Shown here: piece by piece, positions 1-9,210 of the stretch
Layout of the letters: each line of letters begins with the position of its first letter
Numbering within the stretch: position 1 is the first letter of the stretch
Source of the DNA: Candidatus Methylomirabilis limnetica
GTDB taxonomy: Bacteria > Methylomirabilota > Methylomirabilia > Methylomirabilales > Methylomirabilaceae
NCBI RefSeq assembly: GCF_003044035.1
Contig: NZ_NVQC01000016.1
Coordinates: forward strand, 90,001-122,000
Direction: 5' to 3'
DNA length: 32,000 nucleotides
Made by a program: the position numbers and the translations under genes
The notes under the pieces: model-generated
What the model saw: the letters and a program-made list of their open reading frames with translations, nothing else
Told to the model about the DNA's origin: nothing
Database searches by the model: none

Positions 1-2
1 CC

Positions 3-242
3 GGGGGTATCTGGCAACTGTGGGACGTATTGACCAACGGCTACTGGCACGCACGCGGCGCGGAGTTTATGAACCAACCGTTCGTGCGCCGCCTCGAATG
101 GCTGCGCCTTCCGGGGGATGCGGTGTTCATAGCGCTAGGCGCCGCTCCCATGGCGCTGGCGGCGGTTATGACGTACAGATTCACGCAAGCGAACAGGGGG
201 CGTCGTCATGAAGCGGATCATGTCCACAGTCATCTTGCTTGA
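3..242 (+). CDS. C-terminal fragment (5' end outside window) of a heme-copper oxidase subunit I / nitric-oxide reductase NorB(qNor)-like membrane protein
   Basis: Frame is open from the window edge to TGA 240-242. The tail ...LTNGYWHARGAEFMNQPFVRRLEWLRLPGDAVFIALGAAP... matches my recollection of the NorB/qNor C-terminal region (GYWHAR..EF, LEW.R.PGD..F). Family call is recall only. Confidence 0.5.
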   Translation, partial: GGIWQLWDVLTNGYWHARGAEFMNQPFVRRLEWLRLPGDAVFIALGAAPMALAAVMTYRFTQANRGRRHEADHVHSHLA

Positions 243-387
243 AACCGGCGCGACGTTAACCTCGGAGAAGTATTACGGCAAAAGAAACTCTGAACTGGAA
301 ACCGAGAACATCGGAGACGCAGACCGCCAAGTACTGGACACGGCGATCAGTGACTTCGAGACCATTTCACTCAAAGGAGAAGCGGCA

Positions 388-783
388 ATGAATTTCCTGC
401 GAAAAATATTCAGTTCGAAACCAATGGCAGCGCTGGAGGATAATGACGAGGCCGAAGAGGCAACGGGAGACGGTCCCGCGCGAAGGAAAGTGAAGGGTGT
501 GCTGATCCTTACTCGTCGACCCCTGGGTGACCAACACAGATTGATGGAACAAATCATTGACCTCCAGCGCTCTCAAGGTCACGATATTGCTTGGGACTTG
601 ATCTCAAGGACAGCGGTGACTCAAGGAGACTTTGATGATAAAGCATTTCTTGAGGCAACGATTCTAAAACAATTCGTGAAGCTTGGCAGTGATGACATCA
701 TGGGTAGGACAGAAGTGATTCCATGTCAAGATTCGCTTGGTAACTCTGGCGTATATTGCATCATCTTCAGTCGTCGCCCATAG
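388..783 (+). CDS. hypothetical protein (no family recognised)
   Basis: ORF track gives 208..783. ATG at 388 is preceded by AGGAGA (375-380) at 7-nt spacing, whereas ATG 208 overlaps the upstream gene by 35 nt and has no SD. G+C is lower than in neighbours by eye. No motifs recognised. Confidence 0.4.
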   Translation: MNFLRKIFSSKPMAALEDNDEAEEATGDGPARRKVKGVLILTRRPLGDQHRLMEQIIDLQRSQGHDIAWDLISRTAVTQGDFDDKAFLEATILKQFVKLGSDDIMGRTEVIPCQDSLGNSGVYCIIFSRRP

Positions 784-1233
784 TGTGAAGTTTTACCACG
801 CCTGGCTCTCATATCGCGGGGCGCGGGCTAACCCGTAATGGTTGAGACGACCGATAGAGACGGCCACCTTGAAGCCATCGTTGGCACTGGACTTCAGTGT
901 GGCCTCGGTGGCGCTTGCGGTAGCCCTATTCTCCCCTCTGCCACTGCTCTACCCAACCCCTGGTATCGTGTTTCGTAAATTCATCAACGTTCCGTTCGTG
1001 GTGAGCCTGTCGAACCCTGAACGTAACACGTTGAAAAAGCTCGCCCTTCTACAAGCTCATGGTTAATGGCCCATGTAACCGTATTTATTAAATGCTCCAG
1101 TAGATGACAGCTGTGGGAAGGTCTCTCTGCTGAAGTGCCAGGTCTCTCCTGAGGGGCCGTAGGTCCAAAAGCATACCCCATTTGTTCCTCACTGCAGATC
1201 GCCATGGTGCGCCTGCCTCCATTTCGAAAATAG

Positions 1234-1262
1234 TTGACACGCTAACCCGGATACCATAGGTT
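1234..1262 (+). promoter_or_regulatory. candidate sigma70-type promoter upstream of the Yip1-like gene
   Basis: TTGACA (1234-1239), 17-nt spacer, TAGGTT (1257-1262), about 125 nt upstream of the start at 1389. Sequence pattern only. Confidence 0.3.
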
Positions 1263-1388
1263 TGCATCGTAAGAGCATTTTTTGCGCGAAGACTTCAATC
1301 AGCGATCAAGGAACGATCCATTCGGCATTCGACTCGATAGACGCAACAGACGCTTTCTCAAGAAGTGTAGCGGCGTGGAGGGGAAGAG

Positions 1389-1922
1389 GTGATTAAGAGG
1401 ATGGGCGAGCGGATGCTCCGAGCCGCCAAGCTGGATGGAAGTCTCTATGATGAAATAAAGACTGATCGGCACGCCCCGCTACAGGCCGCGATGGTAGTGA
1501 TCCTATCATCCGCAGCCGCCGGGATCGGTGTGGGCGTTCATAGCGGGCTAGGCGGCTTCTTTTTTGTGACTATGCAGGCGATGGTGCAGTGGTATGCCTG
1601 GGCGTTCTTCACCTACCTGGTTGGCACGCGATTGCTCCAGGAGCCACAGACCAAAATGGACTGTGGTGCGATGATACGGATCATCAGTTTTGCCAGCGCT
1701 CCGGGAGTAGTGAGGCTGTTGGGCGGCATCCCTTACCTGGGCGGCTTCGTCTCTGGACTGGCATCGGTATGGATGCTGGGAGCCACGGTCATTGCGGTGA
1801 GAAAGACCCTCAACTACACGACAACTTCGAGGGCGGCGGGAGCGTGCGTGATTGGATGGGTCGCGCAGTACCTTTTTATGGGCATCTTAGAGAATCTGAG
1901 AGATTCGACTCCAGGGGCCTGA
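1389..1922 (+). CDS. Yip1-domain family integral membrane protein
   Basis: GTG 1389 is preceded by GGAGGG (1377-1382). The N-terminus ...LRAAKLDGSLYDEIKTDRHAPLQAAMVVILSSAAAGIG... followed by about 5 hydrophobic segments fits bacterial Yip1-like proteins (recall). Confidence 0.7.
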   Translation: MIKRMGERMLRAAKLDGSLYDEIKTDRHAPLQAAMVVILSSAAAGIGVGVHSGLGGFFFVTMQAMVQWYAWAFFTYLVGTRLLQEPQTKMDCGAMIRIISFASAPGVVRLLGGIPYLGGFVSGLASVWMLGATVIAVRKTLNYTTTSRAAGACVIGWVAQYLFMGILENLRDSTPGA

Positions 1923-1944
1923 ACACACGCGATCAGCCTTCAAC

Positions 1945-1975
1945 CGTAGGTCGGGTTAGCGCAGCGTAACCCGAC
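1945..1975. repeat. 31-nt hairpin repeat, copy 1 (identical to 30704-30734)
   Basis: cgtaggtcgggttagcgcagcgtaacccgac. Stem is gtcgggtta/taacccgac (9 bp) with an 8-nt loop. It starts 23 nt after the Yip1-like stop codon. Confidence 0.9.
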
Positions 1976-2043
1976 AACTCGGCCAGGGCGACGGTGGGTA
2001 TCAGAAGCTGATAGCTTATCGCTGAAAACGGAAAGCTTATCTC

Positions 2044-2952
2044 ATGGCACAGCTACACATCCTCGTCACAGGATCAACCGGGTTCGTGGGCTCGGCGCTG
2101 GTTCCGTTTCTCGCGGCCGGTGGACATCGTGTCACGCGCCTGGTTCGCGCCACCCCTGAGCACGGGATTGCAGAGGTTCAGTGGGACCCAGAGGCGGGAG
2201 TGATGGATATCGCCCGCCTCGAAGGGCTGGATGCGGTGGTCCACCTCGCGGGAGAAAACATTGCGACTGGAAGGTGGACGGCCGAGAAGAAGGCGAAGAT
2301 CCGCGACAGCCGGGTGGGCGGCACCAGGTTACTCTGCGATTCGCTCGCCGGGCTGAAGCAGCCGCCCAAGGTGATGGTGTGCGCGTCTGCTATTGGCTAC
2401 TACGGCGATCGCGGCGATGAACTCCTCACTGAGGAGAGTGCCCCGGGAACGGGCTTTCTCGCCGGGGTCTGCTGCGAATGGGAGGCCGAGGCCAAGCCGG
2501 CCGTCCAAAAGGGGATCCGCGTCGTTCATCCCCGCTTCGGAATGGTACTGAGTGGAGCAGGTGGGGCGCTGGCGAAGCTGCTCCCGCCGTTCAGAATGGG
2601 TCTTGGAGGGGTGCTGGGGACGGGGCGCCAATATATAAGCTGGATCGCCTTGGATGACCTCCTGGGTGTGATTGCACACGCGCTTGCGACTGAGGCGCTC
2701 CAGGGTCCGGTCAATGCGGTGACGCCTAATCCGGTGACCAATCAGGAATTTACGCAGACGTTGGGGCGGCTTCTCAGCCGAGTTACCCTGTTTTCGATGC
2801 CCGCCGTCGCAGCGCGTCTCGCCTTTGGCGAAATAGCTGACGAAGTACTGTTGGCCAGTCAGCGCGTCCAGCCCACCCGGCTCCTGGCAACAGGGTATCG
2901 CTTCTGCTACCCTGATCTCGAAGGCGCACTTCGGCACTCGCTTGGGGAGTAG
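2044..2952 (+). CDS. SDR-family epimerase, YfcH/TIGR01777-like (NAD-binding N-terminus plus DUF1731-type C-terminus)
   Basis: ILVTGSTGFVGSALVPFL Rossmann motif, about 300 aa, C-terminal ...LLATGYRFCYPDLEGALRH typical of the family (recall). Confidence 0.85.
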   Translation: MAQLHILVTGSTGFVGSALVPFLAAGGHRVTRLVRATPEHGIAEVQWDPEAGVMDIARLEGLDAVVHLAGENIATGRWTAEKKAKIRDSRVGGTRLLCDSLAGLKQPPKVMVCASAIGYYGDRGDELLTEESAPGTGFLAGVCCEWEAEAKPAVQKGIRVVHPRFGMVLSGAGGALAKLLPPFRMGLGGVLGTGRQYISWIALDDLLGVIAHALATEALQGPVNAVTPNPVTNQEFTQTLGRLLSRVTLFSMPAVAARLAFGEIADEVLLASQRVQPTRLLATGYRFCYPDLEGALRHSLGE

Positions 2953-2984
2953 CGCAGCATCCCAGAGGTCTCTTTCCTTTGATT

Positions 2985-3041
2985 GTCATTCCGGGCTTGA
3001 CAAGCCTGCCCCGTACTTGATACGGGGGAATCCAGGTTCAG
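2985..3041 (-). repeat. REP-like hairpin element (ggaatgac / ctggattcc family), related to 26492-26552
   Basis: Its reverse complement shares ctggattcc and tgtcaagcNcggaatgac with 26492-26552. It contains the hairpin ccccgta-cttga-tacgggg. Intergenic. Confidence 0.6.
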
Positions 3042-3077
3042 TGCGATCATCATCAGAAGCTGAGTGCTGACAGCTTC

Positions 3078-3953
3078 TTGAGCTGGAACATGGCAAACAT
3101 TCTCATAGCCGGCTGTGGTTATATCGGAACAGCGTTAGGCTCTCTGCTCGCGGCGGAAGGGCATACCGTCTGGGGACTGCGTCGCCGACCCGCCATACTT
3201 CCGCCGGACATTCGCCAATGTGCGGCCGACCTGACCTCGCCTGGCACGCTTTGCGCGCTGCCGCCGGCCCTTGATTATATCTTCTACACCGCTGCGCCAG
3301 ATACGCATGACGATGTGGCCTACCGGGCAGTCTATGTGGAAGGGCTCAACAACCTACTCGATGCTCTTATTCGGCAACGGCAGCATCCCCGGCGTCTCTT
3401 TCTCACCTCGAGTACCGGAGTCTACGCGCAAACATCTGGAGAGTGGGTAGATGAGACCGCACCAGCCGAGCCAACTGAGTTTGCCGGGATTCTCCTCCGC
3501 GAAGGTGAACGCCTCCTACTTGATGGTCCTTTCCCGGCCACCGTCCTACGACTGGGCGGCCTCTACGGTCCAGATCGCGCGGGCCTGATCGAGAAGGTGC
3601 GTCGAGGCGAGGTCGTTGGGGGTGGCGAGTCGCCCGTCTATTTCAACCGTATCCACAGGGATGACGCTGCCGGGGCCCTGCGCCATCTGATGATGTTGCA
3701 GCAGCCGGACTCCCTCTACCTTGGAGTCGATGACGAGCCAACCGAACTGATCGTTGTCCTTCGCTGGTTGGCAGGGGCGCTTGGCGTGCCGCCGCCCTGG
3801 CAGGCCGAATCTTCCCCCCTGCGGATGCCTCGCCACGGAAGCAACAAGCGTTGCCGCAACGTTAGACTCACCGCCTCCGGCTACGCGTTCCGCTATCCGA
3901 CCTTCCGCGAGGGATATGCGGCCCTGCTCACAGAGCAGGCAGGGGCCTGTTAG
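3078..3953 (+). CDS. NAD-dependent epimerase/dehydratase (SDR family)
   Basis: ILIAGCGYIGTALGSLL glycine-rich motif. TTG 3078 or, more likely, ATG 3090 (MANILIAG...). 291/287 aa. Confidence 0.8.
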   Translation: MSWNMANILIAGCGYIGTALGSLLAAEGHTVWGLRRRPAILPPDIRQCAADLTSPGTLCALPPALDYIFYTAAPDTHDDVAYRAVYVEGLNNLLDALIRQRQHPRRLFLTSSTGVYAQTSGEWVDETAPAEPTEFAGILLREGERLLLDGPFPATVLRLGGLYGPDRAGLIEKVRRGEVVGGGESPVYFNRIHRDDAAGALRHLMMLQQPDSLYLGVDDEPTELIVVLRWLAGALGVPPPWQAESSPLRMPRHGSNKRCRNVRLTASGYAFRYPTFREGYAALLTEQAGAC

Positions 3954-4079
3954 TCAGCATCTCTGCAAAACTCTCTCATCAACATAGAATTGGCTCTTCC
4001 TGTTTTTCCATCTGATCTATCTGATCTATTTGGTCTGTGACCAGAAAGACGAAATGACCAGATAGACCCAACCTCCCGC

Positions 4080-5402
4080 TTATGCCTTTACGACCTTGTC
4101 CAGGGGGATGCCCTTGAAGGCGTTCCGCGTATCTACGATCAAAGGGGCGTGCTGACGGATCAGGTCGAGGTCAAACGCCGAGTGATTCGTCACAAGGATT
4201 ACCGCATCCTGCGCCTGAAGGGTCTCTGCTGTTAGTGGTAGAGCGGTCAGGTCAAGGTCGGGATAGTGACGGTGGCCATGGCATCGGGGGACGTGAGGAT
4301 CCGAGTAATTCACCCGGGCTCCCTGTTGCCGTAGCAGCGTCAGGATCTCGAGTGCCGGGCTTTCCCGCTGATCGTCGATGTCCTTCTTGTACGCTACACC
4401 CAGAACCAGGAGGCTGGAGCCGTGCAGCGACTTGCCTCTTCTGTTCAGCGCCTCGACGACTTTTCCCACCACCCAGGCCGGCATGGCATGGTTGATTTCG
4501 CCGGCGACCTCAATGAAGTGAGTGGACAGGCCGTACTCGCGGGCTTTCCATGTGAGATAGAAGGGGTCGATAGGAATGCAGTGGCCCCCTAACCCTGGTC
4601 CCGGATAGAAAGCCTGAAAGCCAAAGGGCTTGGTGGCAGCAGCGTCGATGACCTCCCAGATGTTAATTCCCATGCGGTCCGAGAGTATCTTGAGCTCATT
4701 CACCAGCGCGATGTTCACCGCTCGGTAGATATTCTCCAGGAGCTTGGTCATTTCGGCCTCCCTGGGAGAGGTGACCCGCACTACGGTGGCCACAATCGTT
4801 CCGTAGAGCGTTTCGCCTAATTCCCCACAGGCATCCGACACCCCTCCGAGGACCTTGGGGATAGTAGCCAAGCCGAAGTGTGTATTCCCTGGATCTTCCC
4901 GCTCTGGTGAGAAGACGAGAAAGAAGTCTCGCCCTACCTGAAGGCCCGTTGCCTCAAAGCGGGGCTGAAGGATTTCCTCAGTGGTGCCGGGGTAGGTGGT
5001 ACTCTCCAGGCAGATGAGCTGGCCGGCTCGCAGGGTGCCGGCAATGGCGTCGGCGGTCTGTACGACGTACTGGAGGTCGGGGTTTCGATGGCGCGTCAGT
5101 GGTGTGGGAACACAGATGAGAATGGCATCGGCCTCTCTGAGGCGGGCGAAGTCGGTGGTAGCTTCGAACCGGCCTGACCTAACCAGGGAGGCTACCCGAT
5201 CTGCCGGGAGATGCTGGATGTAGCTCTCTCCGGCGTTGATATGCTTCACTTTGTCAGGGTCGACGTCAAAGCCCAGGACGCGAAAACCCACCTCCCCGAA
5301 GCGCAACACTGCCGGCAGCCCGACATACCCCAAGCCAATGACGCCGACCGTATAGTCTCGGCGTCCGATACGTTCTTTCAGATGCGGGATGAGCGATGTC
5401 AT
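4080..5402 (-). CDS. nucleotide-sugar dehydrogenase (UDP-GlcNAc/GalNAc 6-dehydrogenase-like, WbpA/TviB-type)
   Basis: 440 aa. VGVIGLGYVGLPAVL NAD motif, a GGHCIPIDP catalytic-Cys motif and the C-terminal UDPG_MGDP_dh architecture. Confidence 0.9.
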   Translation of the reverse strand: MTSLIPHLKERIGRRDYTVGVIGLGYVGLPAVLRFGEVGFRVLGFDVDPDKVKHINAGESYIQHLPADRVASLVRSGRFEATTDFARLREADAILICVPTPLTRHRNPDLQYVVQTADAIAGTLRAGQLICLESTTYPGTTEEILQPRFEATGLQVGRDFFLVFSPEREDPGNTHFGLATIPKVLGGVSDACGELGETLYGTIVATVVRVTSPREAEMTKLLENIYRAVNIALVNELKILSDRMGINIWEVIDAAATKPFGFQAFYPGPGLGGHCIPIDPFYLTWKAREYGLSTHFIEVAGEINHAMPAWVVGKVVEALNRRGKSLHGSSLLVLGVAYKKDIDDQRESPALEILTLLRQQGARVNYSDPHVPRCHGHRHYPDLDLTALPLTAETLQAQDAVILVTNHSAFDLDLIRQHAPLIVDTRNAFKGIPLDKVVKA

Positions 5403-5507
5403 CGTGTGTCCTTTCTTCTCATAAGGCGAGGGCCCTCGGTGGCGCCATAGAGGCCAACCGGCTGTGGTGAGGTTTCACGAGTTGTTTTCCGCAGGCAGCA
5501 CAACGAA

Positions 5508-6140
5508 TCATAACGACCAGAGCAGCAGTGCGACGATGAGACTCGCAATTACGATCGCGACGATGGGCGCGACTCTTGTCAATCTCGATTGAGCGCTACT
5601 CTCCGAGGCAGAACGGGTAGTGCGATCTAGTGTAAGAAAATCCGTGGCCCCCGCTGTCCTGGGCCCGCTTCTCATCCGTACTTTTCGTCTGGCATTATAC
5701 TCTCGTCGCTTCTCCGGATCCTTGAGGACTGCGTACGCCTCGTTGAGACTCCAGCTCTGCTCGGTGATCCACCCCGTTGGGTCCTCGTACTTGTCAGGGT
5801 GATAGATGCGCATCTTTTCGATCCATTTCTCATGAATTGTATCGGCGGAGGCGTCCCGGTCCACATCGAGGATCGCGTAGTAATCCGCACTGGAAGCGAG
5901 GTGCATCGATGCGAGCAGTGCTTCGGCCTTCTGGACCAGGTGGCGGACATCGAGATGCTGGAGTTCTGCCGCATCGCGGAGTTCGGCGTAGCAGGGGGAT
6001 CTTAGGCCCTTCCGAATGTCCAGGAGGATGCTGGTCAGCTCTCGCCGATCAGGACACAAGGCGGAAAGGTCGGGAAGGGGCTTCGGCTGGGCCAGCCTGG
6101 TGATGATTTCCTTAACCCTGATCTCAGTTATACCGCTCAC
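5508..6140 (-). CDS. J-domain (DnaJ-like) protein with a C-terminal transmembrane anchor
   Basis: DYYAILDVDRDASADTIHEKWIEKMRIYHPDKY...LNEAYAVLKDPEKRREY is a J domain with the HPD motif. The C-terminal VAPIVAIVIASLIVALLLWSL is hydrophobic. The ORF-track start at 6395 overlaps the upstream gene. GTG 6140 (5 nt after that gene's stop) was chosen, so the start is uncertain (next ATG is 5906). Confidence 0.65.
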   Translation of the reverse strand: MSGITEIRVKEIITRLAQPKPLPDLSALCPDRRELTSILLDIRKGLRSPCYAELRDAAELQHLDVRHLVQKAEALLASMHLASSADYYAILDVDRDASADTIHEKWIEKMRIYHPDKYEDPTGWITEQSWSLNEAYAVLKDPEKRREYNARRKVRMRSGPRTAGATDFLTLDRTTRSASESSAQSRLTRVAPIVAIVIASLIVALLLWSL

Positions 6141-6145
6141 GCTGC

Positions 6146-7597
6146 TTACAAATGCTCTGACTGACCATTGGAGCCTCGTCCTGAGGCCGTGACGCGGGCC
6201 GCGTTGAGGGTGACGGAAAGCACTGTGACCGTGACGATGGCATTCGCTGGGATGTGTAGGTTGAAATCGGTTAGGCTGTGAATAAGCATCGCAAACACGG
6301 CGGTCATACCGGCTAACGCCATGTACTCTGCAAGAGGATCGTGTCGCCTCAACCACCTGGCGGTCACCTCTCGATACCACACGACTATGAACCACACAGC
6401 AAGACCAAAGGCCACGACGCCCCCCTCAGCCAGCAGTTGCAGGTAGTCATTGTGGGCGTACTGGAAGATCATCTGGGCAGTGGAGGTCTTGTACGCCGGG
6501 AACACCTCCTCAAAGGTGTTGAAGCCCGAGCCAAAGCGCACGTAATCGTTCGACATCCGCAAGGTATCCCGCCACAGGATCGCTCGTTCTTCTGTGGATG
6601 GCTCCTGAAATGTCTTCTCGAGCCGTTCCAGTGACAGGAATGCACTATTCCCACCAATCCAGACCGCGGCGATCAGGACGAGGCCACAGCAGGCCAGGGC
6701 CAATCGTACCACCCGTGAACGCGCAGTTCGCTTCATGACCGCCATGATGATGAAAAAGACCATGGAGCCCGAGAAACTTATGAGGCCGCCGCGCGAGCCG
6801 GTCAGCAGGAGTGCTGCGCCCATAAAGATCGCAGCGAAAAGTAGGAGTATCGACTTGCTGGTGTGTTGGGACGTCCACAGGAGGAGCCGTTCCCTGATAG
6901 ACAGTCGATCGGTACGCAAGGGCGACTGAGCCAGGATATAGCCGATGGTCAGGGGGATGGCGATCTCCATGTAGCCGGCGAAGTGATTGCGGTTGACATA
7001 GGGACCGAAGGGCTCGCCGCCTTGCGCGGTCTCGCGGATCCAATAGATCTTGCCATTCGACGAATACTTTTGAATGATCGCGAACACCGCCAGGAAAAAC
7101 CCAACACCGATGATGGTCACGACAACCCTCTCGATCTGCTTTCGCTCTCGCAAGTAGTTGAGCAAGATCCAGAACAGTATGGCGTAAGTCAGTAGCCTCA
7201 GAAGCTCTTCACGAGTGGCGCCCGGATTAAGCGAGATCGTCCGCCACCCCACCTGGATGTTGAGGGCAGATGCGGCATCACTGTAGACCGAGTACGCTGC
7301 AGGCGAGAGCATTTTGATCGTGTTCAGGGGCAACGGAAGCATCTGGAAGAGTATCAGCGCCAGGAAGGAGAGGATCAGGAGGGTGAACGGTGTCCGCTCG
7401 AATTGTATCTGTCCATCACGGATCATTTGAGCGACCCAGACGGTCCCCATAACGAGCACCAGCAGTTCAGCAAGCGCGATCGACCAGACCTCAACGGTGC
7501 CAAAGGCAAGCGGTGTGAACAGGAGGAGAATCGTCAGCGCCCACAGGAGAAGGCGGTCGGACCACATCACCGGGTGGGTATCACCCTGTTGATACAT
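6146..7597 (-). CDS. O-antigen ligase / O-antigen polymerase (Wzy_C)-like polytopic membrane protein
   Basis: About 10-12 hydrophobic segments and a central loop ...YVNRNHFAGYMEIAIPL... typical of the O-antigen ligase family. The ORF-track start 7771 lies inside the upstream epimerase gene. Likely starts are ATG 7597 (MYQQGD..) or ATG 7567 (MWSDRLLL..). Confidence 0.75.
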   Translation of the reverse strand: MYQQGDTHPVMWSDRLLLWALTILLLFTPLAFGTVEVWSIALAELLVLVMGTVWVAQMIRDGQIQFERTPFTLLILSFLALILFQMLPLPLNTIKMLSPAAYSVYSDAASALNIQVGWRTISLNPGATREELLRLLTYAILFWILLNYLRERKQIERVVVTIIGVGFFLAVFAIIQKYSSNGKIYWIRETAQGGEPFGPYVNRNHFAGYMEIAIPLTIGYILAQSPLRTDRLSIRERLLLWTSQHTSKSILLLFAAIFMGAALLLTGSRGGLISFSGSMVFFIIMAVMKRTARSRVVRLALACCGLVLIAAVWIGGNSAFLSLERLEKTFQEPSTEERAILWRDTLRMSNDYVRFGSGFNTFEEVFPAYKTSTAQMIFQYAHNDYLQLLAEGGVVAFGLAVWFIVVWYREVTARWLRRHDPLAEYMALAGMTAVFAMLIHSLTDFNLHIPANAIVTVTVLSVTLNAARVTASGRGSNGQSEHL

Positions 7598-8579
7598 GCA
7601 TCGCCCATTCGCGGTTGGCTTGATACCATCGCACCAGCGCGCCGACGCCATCCTGGAATGTCGAGTGCGGTTGCCAATCCAGTAATCGCCTGGCTTTGCT
7701 GATGTCAGCCCAAGTCGCCGATACGTCGGCTGGATGACGGGCGGTGTTGACGATGACCGCCTTCTTCCCAATTAATGCTTCAATGAGCCGAATCGCATCC
7801 ATCAGGACAACGGGCGCGTCGGAACCCAGGTTGATGACCTCATATCCCAGCGGCTTGAGGCCGGCGATCGTACCTCTGGCGATATCGTCCACGAAGGTGA
7901 AGTCGCGGGATTGTTGGCCGTCGCCATACACCAGTACCTGGTGCTCTTCGCTGATCCACTGCACGAAGCGAAAGAGGCTCATATCAGGTCGCCCGGAGGG
8001 ACCGTAGACGGTAAAGTACCGAAAAACCGTCACGTCGATCCCGTACAAGTAATGATAGGTATAGCAGAGTGTTTCGGCGGCCTTTTTGGAGGCGGCGTAG
8101 GGCGAAAGGGGGGCGTCGGTATTTGCGTCTTCCCGGTAGGGCAATTGGTTGTTTTGGCCGTACAGGCTGGAGGTGGAGGAGAGGATAAATTTGTTGATGC
8201 CGAGTGTCCGGCAGAGGTCCAACAGATTGAGCGTCCCGGTGACGTTGGTGTCGTAGTACACCCAGGGGTCTTCAACGGATTGGCGTACGCCGGCGCGAGC
8301 AGCCAGGTTGATAACGGCGACTGGACCGCGACCATGGGGTCCACATGCTGCCTCAAAGGGCGCGCTCAGAGCCGCCCGGTCGCTGATGTCGAGCTGGTGG
8401 AACTGAAAGCTGGGATGGTGGAGGATCTGATCGAGGCGCCGCTGCTTGAGCCGGACGTCATAGGCGTCGTTGAGGTTGTCGATCCCGACGACGAGGTGGC
8501 CGGCATGGAGGAGCAACTCGGCGACCTTGCAGCCGATGAAGCCCGCACAACCTGTCAGCACAACGGTCCTTGGTTCCAA
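7581..8579 (-). CDS. NAD-dependent epimerase, UDP-glucuronate 4-epimerase-like
   Basis: VLTGCAGFIGCKVAELLL Rossmann motif, YAASKKAAE catalytic YxxxK, 332 aa. Resembles CapI/LpsL-type UDP-GlcA epimerases (recall). Confidence 0.85.
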   Translation of the reverse strand: MEPRTVVLTGCAGFIGCKVAELLLHAGHLVVGIDNLNDAYDVRLKQRRLDQILHHPSFQFHQLDISDRAALSAPFEAACGPHGRGPVAVINLAARAGVRQSVEDPWVYYDTNVTGTLNLLDLCRTLGINKFILSSTSSLYGQNNQLPYREDANTDAPLSPYAASKKAAETLCYTYHYLYGIDVTVFRYFTVYGPSGRPDMSLFRFVQWISEEHQVLVYGDGQQSRDFTFVDDIARGTIAGLKPLGYEVINLGSDAPVVLMDAIRLIEALIGKKAVIVNTARHPADVSATWADISKARRLLDWQPHSTFQDGVGALVRWYQANREWAMHVSTG

Positions 8580-8720
8580 AGCTCGCTCCTTGGCGCGCTA
8601 TAGTCCAGCTCGGGATGATGCTCTGGGAGCCGCCTTCGGTGCCATTGCGCAATCTGAGCGATCGATTTCGGTGTGCAAAGATGTCAAGGGAGGTCAACCG
8701 CGAAATAGTGAGTACATAAA

Positions 8721-8807
<87 letters not shown>

Positions 8808-8863
8808 CCGGTGTATAATGGCAACTGCGGCCGTTATCTGTCAATGAAAATGTAAGCGGAAGG

Positions 8864-9018
8864 GTAACCATTCAGTTAGGGGTGGAAAATCTCCCCTAAC
8901 CCCTCTTTTCCAAAGAGGGGGACTAACCGTTTCCCCCTTTGAAAAGGGGGATTAAGGGGGATTTTATAAAAATACCACATTTTATTTAATGATTTGCGCC
9001 CTCTCACTGAATGGTTAC
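8864..9018. repeat. 155-bp element bounded by perfect 13-bp terminal inverted repeats, carrying three G/C-tract hairpins (MITE/REP-like)
   Basis: gtaaccattcagt (8864-8876) and actgaatggttac (9006-9018) are exact inverted repeats. Inside are the hairpins ttagggg..cccctaa, cccctctt..aagagggg and cccccttt..aaaggggg, then gggggattaaggggg, a module also seen at 30367-30380. Confidence 0.55.
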
Positions 9019-9210
9019 GCGGAAGGAGTCAGGGTCCGAGTGCGGGGGCGGGATTCAAGACCTGGAACTTTGCCTTGAATCCTCCCGCCTCTCTCGGTAT
9101 AGTCATCGGTGTCCAATGAACCGCGTAAGAGGCCTGAGAACAGTTCGGGAAGGGATGCCGAGCTTTGGTCTGGGCGTGGGGATGAGCCATGGGGACGAAA
9201 CGGAGGCGGA

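Noticed and set aside
842-1205. ORFs 842..1066 (+) and 984..1205 (-)
   Set aside because: Their translations (..FVVSLSNPERN.. and ..ELVEGRAF..GSTGSPRTE) are the pseudo-peptides I associate with a widespread REP-like hairpin element (about 992-1062). There is only one copy in this window, so it is not listed as a repeat feature.
2329-2937. 202-aa minus-strand ORF opposite the YfcH-like epimerase (similar cases at 3546..3836, 4235..4495, 24664..25203, 26614..27287)
   Set aside because: Shadow ORFs inside well-supported genes on the other strand.
4011-4028. Tandem 9-mer tctgatcta x2 in the convergent intergenic region
   Set aside because: It is too short to interpret, and no terminator-quality hairpin lies nearby.
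8877-8965. Possible CRISPR array (also 30256-30388)
   Set aside because: The hairpins differ in sequence and spacing, and there is no constant repeat with unique spacers. They are G/C-tract REP-like hairpins.
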